A stretch of DNA of 64,000 bases from an uncultured Nitrospinota bacterium (GCA_964570665.1 CAZMZH010000002.1:365642-429641), one strand, 5' to 3'; positions 47,808 through 58,897 are shown, counted from the first letter of the stretch. The notes: generated by a model from the letters alone, not told the origin. Numbers and translations are program-made.

Positions 47808-48106
47808 ATTTAAGCGTTGATCCAAAGTTAAGATTTTTTTCCAATAATACTATAAAAAACAATTTAAAAAAACGTTTCTAACTCTTATATTGAACATGTT
47901 TTCAATTATTTTGGAATATCTTTTCGAGTGACTTTATTTTTTTTTGAGAAAACGGTATGATGTGTCCGCCAAAATATTGAATCCATGTAGGGAGAATATA
48001 AAACTATTTTCCTAGTCAATCTCTCCGATTAATTTTTTCCAACCTTTAGTAGATTTCTTTTTTCATTTTTAATGTTAAACCATTTCCAAATCATAGTGAG
48101 AAAAAC

Positions 48107-49684
48107 ATGTCCTCGAAATTAAAAGCTACTGCGAAAGAGCAAAGGGATAATCCCAGCGATGCTGAATCAAAATTATGGGAACAATTACGTCGTGGTCAAA
48201 TAGACGGTCATAAGTTCCGGCGTAAACATGTTTTTCGTAGCTTTATTGTTGATTTTGCTTGTTTGGAAAGGCGTGTAGTTATAGAAATTGAAACAGACGA
48301 TAAAGATCGGGAATCTACCGAAGAGAAGAAAAAAGATCAATGGCTAAAAAGCAGAGATTACATTGTATTGTATTTTAAGGAGATAGAATTAATTCAAGAT
48401 CCTAGAGGAGTTATTCCAACAATAGAAAGAGGTTTGAAGGGATTGCCTCCTGTTGAAAAAGATGTTGTGTCGAAAAAGAAAGCGACTAAAGGATCTAAAG
48501 AAACCACAGAAGAACCTGAAAAAATCAAGGCGACTCCTAAAGCTTCGAAGTCTAAAGACCAAAAAGTAAAAAGTGTTGTCGCTGAAAAAAAAGCTACCCC
48601 AAAAAAAGCCGCTCCAAAGAAAGCTGAAAAGGTTAAAGAGCCTAAAACGACCGTAAAGAAAGAAGAAAAAACTTTAAAACCAAAAGCCAAAGCGAAAACA
48701 AAAACGGAATCTAACCTAAAAGAACCTGTTATCGCTAAAAAAGAAGAGCCTAAAGCTCATGTTGAACCCGTCAAAATAGTTGAAAGTTTAAAAGATTCGA
48801 AATCAGAAACAACTCCTAAAGCTGAGAAAGTGGAGGCAATTCAGGCTGATACAATTCCAAAAACCAAAATTGAAACTGAGTTTGTTAAAGAAAGCGAATC
48901 GGTTCCCGTTGTAACTGAAACTAAATCGCAAAATACTATTGCGACTGAAACTGAAAAACTCTTGGAAAAAATCCAAGCGAACGATTCCTTATCTGGCCTC
49001 ACGGTTAGCGATGTTGATTTTTCCAATATGGAGTTTAAGGATAATGCTAATTTTTCGGGAGTTATTTTCTCTGGAGCAACAAACTTTTCAGGAGCCTGTT
49101 TTAAAAAAGGAGCTGATTTTTCAGACGCTCAATTTACAAGTTCTTCAGGACCTAATTTTAGTAAAGTTACATTTATAGAGGGCGGTAAGGTAGACTTTGT
49201 AGACACTTTTTTTAGTAAGGATAGTGTGGCCGATTTTACTTCTATCAAGGCGGAAACGCCGCAGAATATTCGATTTGAAAATGTTTTCCTTGGTAGGGCT
49301 TCTTTCCTAAATACGGAAGTTTCCCAATTTCAATTTAAAAATATTCAACTATGTCAGTTGCCTCTTAAGGATGAAGATTGGTTTGATTTCTTTTCATTTC
49401 TCAAAAGAAATATTATTGGAATTAAAACTTGGTCTGAGTTTAAAGCCCAGGTTAAAAACTTTTTACCAATCGCCCTATCGCCAGAACCTGTCAAAAGATT
49501 AGGATTAGTTGATGAGGTATGGAATGAAGTTGCGAAGAATGGTCAGACTCGATTAATGGACTCAGAATATTATCGACAGGTTAACGAATTATATAAGCAA
49601 TTTCGAAAAAACTTTCAACGAAACAAAGTTTATTCTTTAACAGTTGATTTAAGGTATGGAGAATACGAGACTTCTCAAAAATAA
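48107..49684 (+). CDS. Fusion protein: DUF559 (Vsr-like endonuclease fold) + Lys/Pro/Ala/Glu-rich linker + pentapeptide-repeat domain + unknown C-terminal region
   Basis: N-terminus ESKLWEQLRRGQIDGHKFRRKHVFRSFIVDFACLERRVVIEIE matches the DUF559 pattern. The middle has KKATPKKAAPKKAEKVKEPK-type low complexity. Later come pentapeptide repeats (VSDVDFSNMEFKDNANFSGVIFSGATNFSGACFKKGADFSDAQF). Confidence 0.75.
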   Translation: MSSKLKATAKEQRDNPSDAESKLWEQLRRGQIDGHKFRRKHVFRSFIVDFACLERRVVIEIETDDKDRESTEEKKKDQWLKSRDYIVLYFKEIELIQDPRGVIPTIERGLKGLPPVEKDVVSKKKATKGSKETTEEPEKIKATPKASKSKDQKVKSVVAEKKATPKKAAPKKAEKVKEPKTTVKKEEKTLKPKAKAKTKTESNLKEPVIAKKEEPKAHVEPVKIVESLKDSKSETTPKAEKVEAIQADTIPKTKIETEFVKESESVPVVTETKSQNTIATETEKLLEKIQANDSLSGLTVSDVDFSNMEFKDNANFSGVIFSGATNFSGACFKKGADFSDAQFTSSSGPNFSKVTFIEGGKVDFVDTFFSKDSVADFTSIKAETPQNIRFENVFLGRASFLNTEVSQFQFKNIQLCQLPLKDEDWFDFFSFLKRNIIGIKTWSEFKAQVKNFLPIALSPEPVKRLGLVDEVWNEVAKNGQTRLMDSEYYRQVNELYKQFRKNFQRNKVYSLTVDLRYGEYETSQK

Positions 49685-50090
49685 ATTTTTTAACAGTTTT
49701 AGGCCATTATTAGCTTTTGACGCAAAGATCTAATCCTCTTCGAATTTCCTGTTATTTTTATTCTTAAAATAAGCCCCTTTAATAATTGAATTAAAAAACC
49801 TTTTTATAGTTTTTTGATGAAAGCTGTCTGTCGGTGTTCCTGTACTTATTCTTAGGATTAGCGCTGAAAAAAAATGCAAACGCGTTGAATGGCAAAATCA
49901 GTTAGCTGCATCTAACTAAAATGCTTTTTCTAACAAACCTCTAATATGTTAAGATTAATTACTGAAAAATCCCTAGTATTTATTGATTGATTTTTCCCAA
50001 AAATTGAAATGGCGATTTTTCTGTTGAAAACCTTTTGTTATTGCGGGATTTAAGACGGTAAAAAAGTCAAACAGTCATTGATTTCCGATA

Positions 50091-50170
50091 GCGAGGGTGG
50101 CGGAACTGGCAGACGCGCTGGATTTAGGATCCAGTGGGCAACCGTGGGGGTTCGAATCCCCCCCTTCGCA
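50091..50170 (+). tRNA. tRNA-Leu (anticodon UAG), type II with 11-nt variable arm, no encoded CCA
   Basis: Folded by hand. Acceptor GCGAGGG/CCTTCGC has one G-U. D-stem GCG/CGC. Anticodon stem CTGGA/TCCAG with loop TTTAGGA. T-stem GGGGG/CCCCC with loop TTCGAAT. Discriminator A. Confidence 0.88.
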
Positions 50171-50198
50171 TGAACCTTTAGGACTTAATTATTTAAAA

Positions 50199-51518
50199 AT
50201 GGATATAGAAATTCAGGATATTGATTCCTGTAACAAAAAAATCAAAATTACCATTCCAAACGCTATTTATAAAAATAAGGTCAAAGCCTATATTGATAGA
50301 GTTGGTCGCGACGCTAAAATACCAGGATTTCGAAAAGGGAAAATTCCCCAAGCAATGTTGGAGAAAACGGTTGGTCCCGAAGCTAAAAGGGAAGTTCTTA
50401 CCCAATTAATTTCCGAAAAGCTTTTTGCTGCCTTGGAGGAAAAAGGATTAAAGGCCGTAGGAGCTCCTAAGCTTTTAAATGTTGAGGCTGAAGAAGGAAC
50501 TGACGTTGAGGTGTCGGCAGATGTTGAGATTTTTCCTGAGTTTGAGGTAACTGACTATTCTGGAATTGAAGTGAGTATGGAAATTCCTCGTGTTACTGAC
50601 GAAGATGTGGATTCGGTTGTGGAGGCCTTTCGTTCCAGAAATGCAAAAAGTATTCAAGTTGATGGTCGGGCAATTCAAACGGGAGATTTCGTGAAAATTG
50701 ATTTTAAAGGTTATTTGGATGGAAAACCATTCGAAGGTGGAGAAGCTAAAGACCATGTTCTCGAAGTGGGAGCCAATCGATTTATTGCGGGTTTTGAAGA
50801 ACAGCTTATAGGATTGGAAGCTGGAGAGAACAAAACCATTAAAATGAAATTTCCAGACGACTATCAGAGTAAAGAATTAGCGGGAAAAGATACAGAATTT
50901 GAAATCTTTGTTAAGGGGATCCAGGAAAAAGAACTGCCAGAGCTTAATGACGATTTTGCAAAGAATGCCGATCCGGAAAATAAATTCGATACTATAGAAG
51001 AAATGAAAAATCAAATTAGGAATAGGTTAGAAAGCGAATCTCGTAAAACTGCTAGCCGCGCTACCAAGAAGGAACTGGGTGATAAATTAGTCGATTTAAA
51101 CCCAATCAATTTGCCAGAAGCTTTAATAACGGAACAAATTAGATTTATGGTTAATAAGGCAAATTCATCTTCCGGCGGAGAATCAGTTCATGAAGGCGAT
51201 CCTATTCCTTCTGAAGAAGATGAAAAATATCGGAAAAACGCAATTAAGATTTTACAAGAGGAATTAATTGTTGGAAAATTAGCTGAGGATCTTGAAATTA
51301 AAGTAGATTCCGAGCAGTTGGATCAGGAAGTTAATAATATTATGAGTATGGTGGGTGGACAGGACGTTAAGAAAATGAAAAAAGAATGGAGTCAAAATGG
51401 AACTTTAGCTAGACTTCAAGTGAAAATGGTTCGAGAAAAAACCTTAGATCTGCTTTTAGAAAAGGTTAAAGTCAACGAAGAAATTGTTGACAGGGATAAA
51501 GGAATTGCAGATAATTAA
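50199..51518 (+). CDS. tig: Trigger factor
   Basis: MDIEIQDIDSCNKKIKITIP ... IPGFRKGKIP motif, FKBP-like middle domain (GDFVKIDFKGYLDGKPFEGG). Start moved to 50199 because the track ORF begins inside the tRNA. Confidence 0.92.
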   Translation: MDIEIQDIDSCNKKIKITIPNAIYKNKVKAYIDRVGRDAKIPGFRKGKIPQAMLEKTVGPEAKREVLTQLISEKLFAALEEKGLKAVGAPKLLNVEAEEGTDVEVSADVEIFPEFEVTDYSGIEVSMEIPRVTDEDVDSVVEAFRSRNAKSIQVDGRAIQTGDFVKIDFKGYLDGKPFEGGEAKDHVLEVGANRFIAGFEEQLIGLEAGENKTIKMKFPDDYQSKELAGKDTEFEIFVKGIQEKELPELNDDFAKNADPENKFDTIEEMKNQIRNRLESESRKTASRATKKELGDKLVDLNPINLPEALITEQIRFMVNKANSSSGGESVHEGDPIPSEEDEKYRKNAIKILQEELIVGKLAEDLEIKVDSEQLDQEVNNIMSMVGGQDVKKMKKEWSQNGTLARLQVKMVREKTLDLLLEKVKVNEEIVDRDKGIADN

Positions 51519-51623
51519 AGATTGTAAGTTATCCTTTTTGTTTCAATTGGTTATAAGTTTACTCGCCAGTTTTAGCTCCTTATCCCTTTAGCAAAATCAT
51601 TCATAACGTCGAAAGAGAGAATC

Positions 51624-52271
51624 ATGAACCCGATTTCCAATCAGCTAATCCCAATCGTTGTCGAGCAAACAAGCCGCGGCGAACGGTCTTATGATATTTA
51701 TTCCCGGTTATTAAAAGATCGGATAATTTTTTTAGGTACCGCTATTGACGATCATATTTCAAATTTGATCATCGCTCAATTGCTGTTTCTGGAATCTGAC
51801 GAACCTGATCAAGATATTTATTTGTATATTAATAGCCCTGGTGGACACGTAAGCTCCGGGTTGGCAATATATGATACGATGCAATATATTAAGCCGGATG
51901 TGCAGACTATTTGTTGTGGGCAAGCGGCTAGTATGGGGGCTCTTCTTTTGGCGACTGGAACAGCAGGGAAAAGATTTAGTTTACCCAATTCAAGAGTAAT
52001 GATTCATCAACCCTCCGGTGGTTTTCAGGGGCAACATTCAGACATTGAAATCCAGGCACAAGAGATCTCAAAAATTAGAAAGGTTTTGGATGGGATATTA
52101 GCCAAGCATACCGGTCAGGACTCAAAGCAAATTCATAAGGACACAGAACGCGATAATTACATGACAGGAGAAGAAGCAAAAACCTATGGTTTGATTGATC
52201 ATGTAATTGAAAAGCGAGATGAAGAAAAAAGTAAGACTAATGGATCTGGAGATTCAAAAGGCGACTCGTAA
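51624..52271 (+). CDS. clpP: ATP-dependent Clp protease proteolytic subunit ClpP
   Basis: [19 protein letters not shown], catalytic [19 protein letters not shown]. 215 aa with an acidic/Ser-rich tail. Confidence 0.97.
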   Translation: MNPISNQLIPIVVEQTSRGERSYDIYSRLLKDRIIFLGTAIDDHISNLIIAQLLFLESDEPDQDIYLYINSPGGHVSSGLAIYDTMQYIKPDVQTICCGQAASMGALLLATGTAGKRFSLPNSRVMIHQPSGGFQGQHSDIEIQAQEISKIRKVLDGILAKHTGQDSKQIHKDTERDNYMTGEEAKTYGLIDHVIEKRDEEKSKTNGSGDSKGDS

Positions 52272-52314
52272 ATTTATATAATCGCTTAAACCTTCCATCG
52301 TTTGAGGAAAATCT

Positions 52315-53562
52315 ATGGCAAAAAAAAGCGCCAATAGTGGGAATTTTAGGTGTTCCTTTTGTGGGAAAAGCCAAGAAGAAGTTAAAAAGCTTATAGCTGG
52401 ACCAACCGTCTATATTTGCGACGAATGCATTGAGCTTTGTAACGAAATAATGGTTGAGGAATGGGCACAGGAGAAAAAAGAAGATTTTAAACATTTGCCC
52501 AAACCAAAGGATATCTACGATCATCTCAACCAATTTATTATTGGTCAAGAACGTTCCAAACGGATTTTATCCGTTGCGGTTCATAATCATTATAAAAGGA
52601 TCGATTCCAATGTTGATTTAGATGGCTTGGAGCTTCAAAAAAGTAACGTTCTTTTGCTAGGACCCACCGGTTCTGGAAAAACGTTAATGGCCCAGACTTT
52701 AGCAAAAATTTTGGATGTTCCTTTCACGATTGTTGACGCCACAACACTAACCGAAGCAGGGTATGTTGGCGAGGATGTTGAAAATATAATCCTTAAATTA
52801 TTACAAAGCGCGGATTACGACGTTGAAAAAGCCGAACGAGGTATTATTTATATTGATGAAATCGATAAAATAAGCCGCAAATCGGAAAACCCTTCTATCA
52901 CACGTGATGTTTCTGGCGAAGGCGTTCAACAGGCGTTACTGAAAATAATTGAAGGTACCAATGCTAGTGTTCCTCCACAAGGAGGTCGTAAGCATCCCCA
53001 CCAAGAGTTTTTGCAGGTAAATACCACTAATATATTATTTATTTGTGGTGGAGCTTTTGTCGATTTAGATCGTGTTATACGCAATCGCATTGGTAAAAAG
53101 ACTCTTGGTTTTGGTCAAGAATTACGATCAAAAGAGGATGGGACAGCCAGCGAGGTGTTATCTCAGGTGCAGCCCGAGGACTTATTGAAGTATGGTTTAA
53201 TTCCTGAGTTTGTAGGTCGGTTTTCTATTACGGCGACCTTAGATGAATTGGATGTTTCCGCATTGATGCAAGTTTTGACCGAGCCTAAGAATGCTTTAGT
53301 TAAGCAGTATCAAAAAATGTTTGAATTTGAGCGCGTAAAGCTTAAGTTTACAGAAGGAGCTGTTCGAGCTGTTGCAGAACAAACTTATAAGAGGAAGACA
53401 GGAGCTAGAGGATTAAGGTCCATTTTGGAAGAGTCTATGCTAGATATCATGTTCGATCTTCCATCGAGAGAGGATATTGAAGAAGTTATTTTTAACGAAG
53501 AAGTTTTTTCAAAAGGCGAGCATCCTCTAATGGTCTATTCAAAGAAAAAGCAAGCAAGCTAA
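52315..53562 (+). CDS. clpX: ATP-dependent Clp protease ATP-binding subunit ClpX
   Basis: Zinc finger [30 protein letters not shown], Walker [19 protein letters not shown]. Confidence 0.97.
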   Translation: MAKKSANSGNFRCSFCGKSQEEVKKLIAGPTVYICDECIELCNEIMVEEWAQEKKEDFKHLPKPKDIYDHLNQFIIGQERSKRILSVAVHNHYKRIDSNVDLDGLELQKSNVLLLGPTGSGKTLMAQTLAKILDVPFTIVDATTLTEAGYVGEDVENIILKLLQSADYDVEKAERGIIYIDEIDKISRKSENPSITRDVSGEGVQQALLKIIEGTNASVPPQGGRKHPHQEFLQVNTTNILFICGGAFVDLDRVIRNRIGKKTLGFGQELRSKEDGTASEVLSQVQPEDLLKYGLIPEFVGRFSITATLDELDVSALMQVLTEPKNALVKQYQKMFEFERVKLKFTEGAVRAVAEQTYKRKTGARGLRSILEESMLDIMFDLPSREDIEEVIFNEEVFSKGEHPLMVYSKKKQAS

Positions 53563-55970
53563 TGAGTTCGGAAAAGATCTCGCTACCTCTATTACCTTTG
53601 AGGGATATAGTTGTTTTCCCTTTTATGGTTATTCCTCTTTTTGTTGGTCGTGGAAAATCCATTCGTGCCCTAGAATTCTCTATGGCCGAGCAAAAACATA
53701 TCTTTCTTGCTACCCAAAAAAACCCTAACGCAAATTCCCCCTCTCCTAGCGAAATTTATGAGGTAGGTTGTATTGCCAATATCCTCCAGATATTGAAATT
53801 GACCGATGGAACCATGAAGGTTTTAGTTGAAGGCGTTCAAAGAGGTCGGGTTTTAAGTTATCAAAAAAATCCAAATTTTTTCGAAGTAGAAGTCGAAAAA
53901 ATCCATGAAGAAACCAAAGTAACGCCTGATATTAAGGCGTTAATGCGTACCATGGGCGGAATGTTTGAGGAATATGTAAAACTAAATCAAAAGATTCCGT
54001 TGGAAGCAATTTCTTCAACGAATAATATTACCGAGCCAAACCGGTACGTAGATACTATCGCTTCTTATATGGTTTTCCAAACAGATGAGAAGCAAGAAAT
54101 ATTAGAAATTCTCGACCCTAGCGAAAGATTGAATAAGATTTTGGGCGCGATGAAGTCCGAGATGGAAGTATTGAAGATTGAAAAAAGAGTTCATGGCCGC
54201 GTTAAAAAACAGATGGAGAGGAGCCAAAAAGAGTTTTACCTTAATGAACAAATCAAGGCCATTCAAAAAGAGCTTGGAAAACGAGATGAGTTTAAAACCG
54301 ATTTAGACGAACTTCGCCAAAAAATTAAAAAAGCGAAAATGCCTAAATCCATTAATGAAAAGGCCGACAAAGAGCTAAAACGTCTTGAATTAATGCAGCC
54401 AATGTCAGCCGAGGCGACGGTAGTTCGTAATTACTTGGAATGGTTAATAGATCTGCCCTGGAAAAAACCGGGAGCCCTAAATATTGATATTAAAGGATCT
54501 AGGAAAATATTAGACGAAGACCATTATGGTTTAGAAAAAGTAAAAGAAAGAATCATTGAACACCTCGCGGTACTCAAGTTAGTGAAAAAAATCCGCGGAC
54601 CAATTATTTGCTTAGTAGGTCCTCCTGGTGTGGGTAAAACCTCGCTTGGAAAATCTATCGCTAGAGCTATGAAAAGAAAATTTGTTCGAGTTTCTTTAGG
54701 TGGGATTCGCGATGAAGCTGAAATTCGAGGTCATAGGCGAACTTATATTGGGGCGTTGCCTGGAAAAATTGTTCAAGGAATGAAAAAAGCTGGGTCTACA
54801 AATCCAGTTTTTATGTTAGATGAGATTGATAAAATGAATTCCGATTTTCGAGGAGATCCATCTTCCGCGATGTTGGAGGTTTTAGATCCAGAGCAGAATG
54901 CTAATTTTAACGATCATTACCTTGAAGTTGATTACGATCTGTCCGAAGTTTTTTTCATTTGTACGGCAAATGTTTTACATGCAATTCCACAGCCTTTAAA
55001 AGATCGCATGGAAGTAATTCATTTACCGGGTTATACGGGAGACGAAAAAGTTTCTATTGCTGAAAAGTTTTTGATTCCTAAAAAGATAGATGAGCATGGA
55101 TTGCCCAAAAAGAACATTACTTTTTCAAAAAGCTCAATCGAAAAGATAATTCAGGATTATACTCGCGAAGCTGGAGTTAGAAACCTGGAAAGAGAAATTG
55201 CTGGAGTATGTCGGAAATTGGCTAAAAAAGTCGTTGAGACAGGAAAGAAAATAAAGATTTCTATTATTCCTTCGGCGATTTCTAAATATTTAGGTGTTGA
55301 AAAATTTAAAAGAAATCAGGACGAGATTGCCCAAGATATTGGGGTTGCTACTGGATTAGCATGGACCGAGTTTGGGGGCGAATTATTGTCAATTGAAGTG
55401 ATTGTTACCCCAGGAAAAGGCCAATTATCTCTTACTGGCAAATTGGGCGATGTGATGAAAGAGTCGGCCCATGCGGCTATGAGTTATGTACGGTCCCGAG
55501 CTAAAGAATTAGGTTTATCGCAGACTTTTTACCAAAAGTTTGATTTCCATATTCACGTTCCCGAAGGAGCAATACCAAAAGACGGACCTTCTGCTGGAAT
55601 TACTATGGCAGTTGCGCTTATTTCCGCTCTTACAAAAAACCCAGTCCGTAAAGATTTAGGGATGACAGGTGAAGTAACTCTAACGGGTCGGGTTTTGCCT
55701 ATCGGCGGCCTTAAAGAAAAAACTTTGGCGGCTAATCAAGCCAAACTTAAGCGGCTTATAATTCCGCAAGATAACGAAAAAGACTTACAAGAAGTTCCCG
55801 CAAAAATTAAAAAGAATATAGAGTTTTATCCGGTAAGGTCAATGGATGAAGTAATAAAACTATCATTCGTTAATTCTTTTAAATCTCCAAAAGCCGGTGG
55901 AAAAAAAGCAAATAAATCCCCTGCAAAACGTTCCCGTAGAACTTCTACTTCGGAAGCAAGATTGAATTAA
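53562..55970 (+). CDS. lon: ATP-dependent protease Lon (LonA)
   Basis: [14 protein letters not shown]-domain, Walker [10 protein letters not shown], protease motif [12 protein letters not shown]. 802 aa. ATGA-type overlap with clpX. Confidence 0.97.
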   Translation: MSSEKISLPLLPLRDIVVFPFMVIPLFVGRGKSIRALEFSMAEQKHIFLATQKNPNANSPSPSEIYEVGCIANILQILKLTDGTMKVLVEGVQRGRVLSYQKNPNFFEVEVEKIHEETKVTPDIKALMRTMGGMFEEYVKLNQKIPLEAISSTNNITEPNRYVDTIASYMVFQTDEKQEILEILDPSERLNKILGAMKSEMEVLKIEKRVHGRVKKQMERSQKEFYLNEQIKAIQKELGKRDEFKTDLDELRQKIKKAKMPKSINEKADKELKRLELMQPMSAEATVVRNYLEWLIDLPWKKPGALNIDIKGSRKILDEDHYGLEKVKERIIEHLAVLKLVKKIRGPIICLVGPPGVGKTSLGKSIARAMKRKFVRVSLGGIRDEAEIRGHRRTYIGALPGKIVQGMKKAGSTNPVFMLDEIDKMNSDFRGDPSSAMLEVLDPEQNANFNDHYLEVDYDLSEVFFICTANVLHAIPQPLKDRMEVIHLPGYTGDEKVSIAEKFLIPKKIDEHGLPKKNITFSKSSIEKIIQDYTREAGVRNLEREIAGVCRKLAKKVVETGKKIKISIIPSAISKYLGVEKFKRNQDEIAQDIGVATGLAWTEFGGELLSIEVIVTPGKGQLSLTGKLGDVMKESAHAAMSYVRSRAKELGLSQTFYQKFDFHIHVPEGAIPKDGPSAGITMAVALISALTKNPVRKDLGMTGEVTLTGRVLPIGGLKEKTLAANQAKLKRLIIPQDNEKDLQEVPAKIKKNIEFYPVRSMDEVIKLSFVNSFKSPKAGGKKANKSPAKRSRRTSTSEARLN

Positions 55971-56001
55971 AGGTTTTTCTTTTAATCGGTTCCTCTCCTC
56001 T

Positions 56002-56823
56002 TTATTTTATTGTAATTCCTGCATAGCCAACGACACGATTCATATCGCCGTTAACTTCCCCGGAAGTTTTGTAGTTTATCAAATCTGCTTTCTTGGATCC
56101 CATTCGAGAACAAGCGGTTAACATAGAAACTGCAGGATGGACCCCACACATAGTAATTTGTTTTTCGCGCACTGTTTCGTATAGTCCTTTTGGATCTAAA
56201 TTTAAAATACAATCAATTGCCTTACGGTCTTTTTTGACGGTATTATCGTGAGACTCAAAGTGTGACATATCCGAACTGGCAACTGTTAGAACTTCTTCGC
56301 CATATTTTTTTATGGAATCTGCAATAGCTTGGCCAATTTTTGTTGACTGATCAAATCCAATACGCTTCAAACATATGGGAACAATTTTAATATTTTTTTG
56401 AAAAAATTGGAGAAAAGGCAATTGTGTTTCAAGAGAATGTTCTTTGATATGGGCTTTGCTATCTTTTCTAAAAAAAGGTTCGTTATCCGCTAGAATTTCG
56501 GCAAGATTATTATCGATTTCAACCGAGCCAAAAGGAGATTGCCAAAAGCCTTGGGTCATAATGGATGCATCAGGACCTTCTCCAGTATGATTGGGACCAA
56601 TTAAAATTATGGTCTTAGGTATTTTAATGGATGAATAAACCGATCCAGCAACCTTGCCGGAGTATATGAAACCAGCATGAGGAGAAATAACTCCTAAAAC
56701 AGATTCTTTCTCTAAGGAGATATTTGTGTAAGTTTTGATGTCATTAACGAGCTTGATGGGATCGGCGGAATAAAAACGACCTGCAACGGCAGGGTTTCTA
56801 ATTGTATTTTTTCCCATGGTCAT
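56002..56823 (-). CDS. MEMO1-family protein (AmmeMemoRadiSam system protein B-like)
   Basis: 273 aa with AVAGRFY, ISPHAGFIYSG, GPNHTG and SSDMSHF motifs characteristic of the Memo family. Confidence 0.8.
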   Translation of the reverse strand: MTMGKNTIRNPAVAGRFYSADPIKLVNDIKTYTNISLEKESVLGVISPHAGFIYSGKVAGSVYSSIKIPKTIILIGPNHTGEGPDASIMTQGFWQSPFGSVEIDNNLAEILADNEPFFRKDSKAHIKEHSLETQLPFLQFFQKNIKIVPICLKRIGFDQSTKIGQAIADSIKKYGEEVLTVASSDMSHFESHDNTVKKDRKAIDCILNLDPKGLYETVREKQITMCGVHPAVSMLTACSRMGSKKADLINYKTSGEVNGDMNRVVGYAGITIK

Positions 56824-56864
56824 TTTGGTTTCTCTACTTAATCATAGAAGAATATTTTAAATCG

Positions 56865-57020
56865 TTAGGAATCTTTTTTTTCATTTCTAGCTTCAATAAT
56901 ATCTGCAACTACTATAATTAATTTTACAAACCCTATAGCGAGCGCCATACCAAATATAAGTTGTAACAAAGGGGGTAGCGATTCTACAAAGCTGATTATG
57001 GCGTCTTTGATTTCATTCAT
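56865..57020 (-). CDS. Possible 51-aa single-pass membrane peptide (not in track, below its size cutoff)
   Basis: My translation is MNEIKDAIISFVESLPPLLQLIFGMALAIGFVKLIIVVADIIEARNEKKDS. It sits between the Trx-NHL and Memo genes on the same strand. No RBS or homolog checked. Confidence 0.3.
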   Translation of the reverse strand: MNEIKDAIISFVESLPPLLQLIFGMALAIGFVKLIIVVADIIEARNEKKDS

Positions 57021-57071
57021 GGATTTAATATTTCTTAATAGGGTTTTAAATTATTTTAACTATTTTATTAT

Positions 57072-58535
57072 TTATTTAATAAATATTTCGGTTTTTTCCG
57101 TTATTAAATCAATTTTTAAAATACGATGATTATTTGTATCTGAAACAAATAACGAGTTACCAACTTCGATGACCCCTGCGGGTTCCCATAGTTTGGAGCA
57201 GTTGGTATCGTCGCACACAATATTTACCGACGCTTGAACAACGACAACTTCTTGAGTTTTTAAATCTAACGTTTTAATTTTATTGTTATAAGAATCTGCA
57301 ATGTATATTTTCCCATTAGAGTAAAAAACTCCTAAAGGATGTTGGAGTAAGGCTTCTTTGCCGCGACCGTCTTTGTCGCCAAAATCAAACAAGCCAGTCC
57401 CAACATAAGTTGCAATAAAACCGGCTTTATCAATTCGAACGCTTCGAATGGCGCTGGTTTCGCTATCGGCCAAAAATAACTTATCTTCTCCATAGCTTAA
57501 GCCACTTGGTTGCGCGAAAGCTCCCTCCGATCTGAGACCATTCAAAAGAGCTTCTTGTCCAGTGCCTGCAAACCTTGAGACAATTTTTTGTTTAATGTCT
57601 AAGGCTCCAATTTGATGGGTTCCAGCGTTGGCAAAATAAACCTGGTCTCCAACGAGTTGAACGTCCCAGGGTGAACTAAGGGCTGCTGAAGTTGCAATCG
57701 ATTGTCCTTGTAATGGAGGGCCTTGGGTTCCAGTTCCAGCGCTTGTTGATACCATTCCAGTATTTAAATTTATATGGCGAATCATGTGGTTTTCTGTATC
57801 GGCAATCCAAATAGCGCCATTTTCGTAATGCAATCCCTGAGGTCGAAAAAATTCAGATTCTTCAAAACTCCCATTCTTTTTTCCAATGTTCCCAGTTCCA
57901 ATTCTCCGAGTAATTTCTCCTTTTCGATTAGCGGTTACAATTTGATTATGATTAGAATCGGCAATAGCAAACTCATTATCTTCTGTGCTATACGAGATTT
58001 TCCCAGGAAACTTTAAAGCTCCTTCGTTTGATTGTTTTTCCTGTTGTTTTAAAAGATCCTCTGCATTTCCTTCCAAAGCTCCTTTTTTTTCGAAATCCTC
58101 CAGTAACTGGGCCATCGTCATTTCAAGCATTTTAGGATCGGGTTCCCCAGGTAGTTGCCCAAGGATATAACCATCGGGAGAAATAAATATCAATGTGGGC
58201 CAAGCTCTGACTGTATATTGTTTCCAGATAGAAAAATCAGTATCGTGGACAATGGGGTGCGCAATTTCATATCTTTCGATAGCTTTTTGAACATTATCGA
58301 CATTTTTTTCACCTGGAAATTTTGGGCTGTGTACCCCAATTACCGCTAAAGATTTTGGGAATCGGTTTTCCAAATTTTTTAATGTGGGGATTATATGAAT
58401 GCAATTTATACAACAAAAGGTCCAAAAATCAAGGATGGTAACTTTTCCTTTTAGGTCTGGTAAATCAAGAGGTTTGTGTACATTGAACCAAGGTAAATTA
58501 TTTGCGTTTAGGGCTGGGGCGTGAACTGTTTGCAT
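57072..58535 (-). CDS. Thioredoxin-like domain + six-bladed NHL propeller protein (NHLRC2-like)
   Basis: Trx-fold N-terminus with WTFCCINC (a CCINC motif as I recall for human NHLRC2) and WPTLIFISPDG, followed by ~6 NHL blades (NHMIRHINL, HQIGALD, SAIRSVRID, NKIKTLDL, HRILKIDL). Confidence 0.8.
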   Translation of the reverse strand: MQTVHAPALNANNLPWFNVHKPLDLPDLKGKVTILDFWTFCCINCIHIIPTLKNLENRFPKSLAVIGVHSPKFPGEKNVDNVQKAIERYEIAHPIVHDTDFSIWKQYTVRAWPTLIFISPDGYILGQLPGEPDPKMLEMTMAQLLEDFEKKGALEGNAEDLLKQQEKQSNEGALKFPGKISYSTEDNEFAIADSNHNQIVTANRKGEITRRIGTGNIGKKNGSFEESEFFRPQGLHYENGAIWIADTENHMIRHINLNTGMVSTSAGTGTQGPPLQGQSIATSAALSSPWDVQLVGDQVYFANAGTHQIGALDIKQKIVSRFAGTGQEALLNGLRSEGAFAQPSGLSYGEDKLFLADSETSAIRSVRIDKAGFIATYVGTGLFDFGDKDGRGKEALLQHPLGVFYSNGKIYIADSYNNKIKTLDLKTQEVVVVQASVNIVCDDTNCSKLWEPAGVIEVGNSLFVSDTNNHRILKIDLITEKTEIFIK

Positions 58536-58897
58536 AATCCTATATCTAGGTAAAATTATAAATTTGGCGTTGACTGTAGCGGGGATTGTAAACCGAGGGA
58601 AATTGATAACGCAAATTTGTTTTGTATCTATAGGTTAGATGAAAATATTACAACTGTTAAAAAGAACATTTCGTAGTTAAAATCCTTTTTCTGAACTCTT
58701 GTTAAGTAATAACTATGAATTATTTCTTAGATTAATCGTTTCTTACCCTATGTGCCTTTCTGTATAATAGATTAATAGCAAATTATTAATTTATAAGAAA
58801 ATTTGAAGAGAGCGGTTTCTTGAAGTTAAATTAATTTTATTGCCATTAGGTTGAATGCGCTTAGATCGCGTTATTTGAGAAAAATTTTGGGGGAAAT

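Noticed and set aside
50097-50198. The track ORF for trigger factor starts at 50097 (MAELADALDLGSSGQPWGFESPPSHEP...).
   Set aside because: These codons are the tRNA-Leu gene (50091-50170) read as protein. The conserved trigger-factor N-terminus begins at the ATG at 50199.
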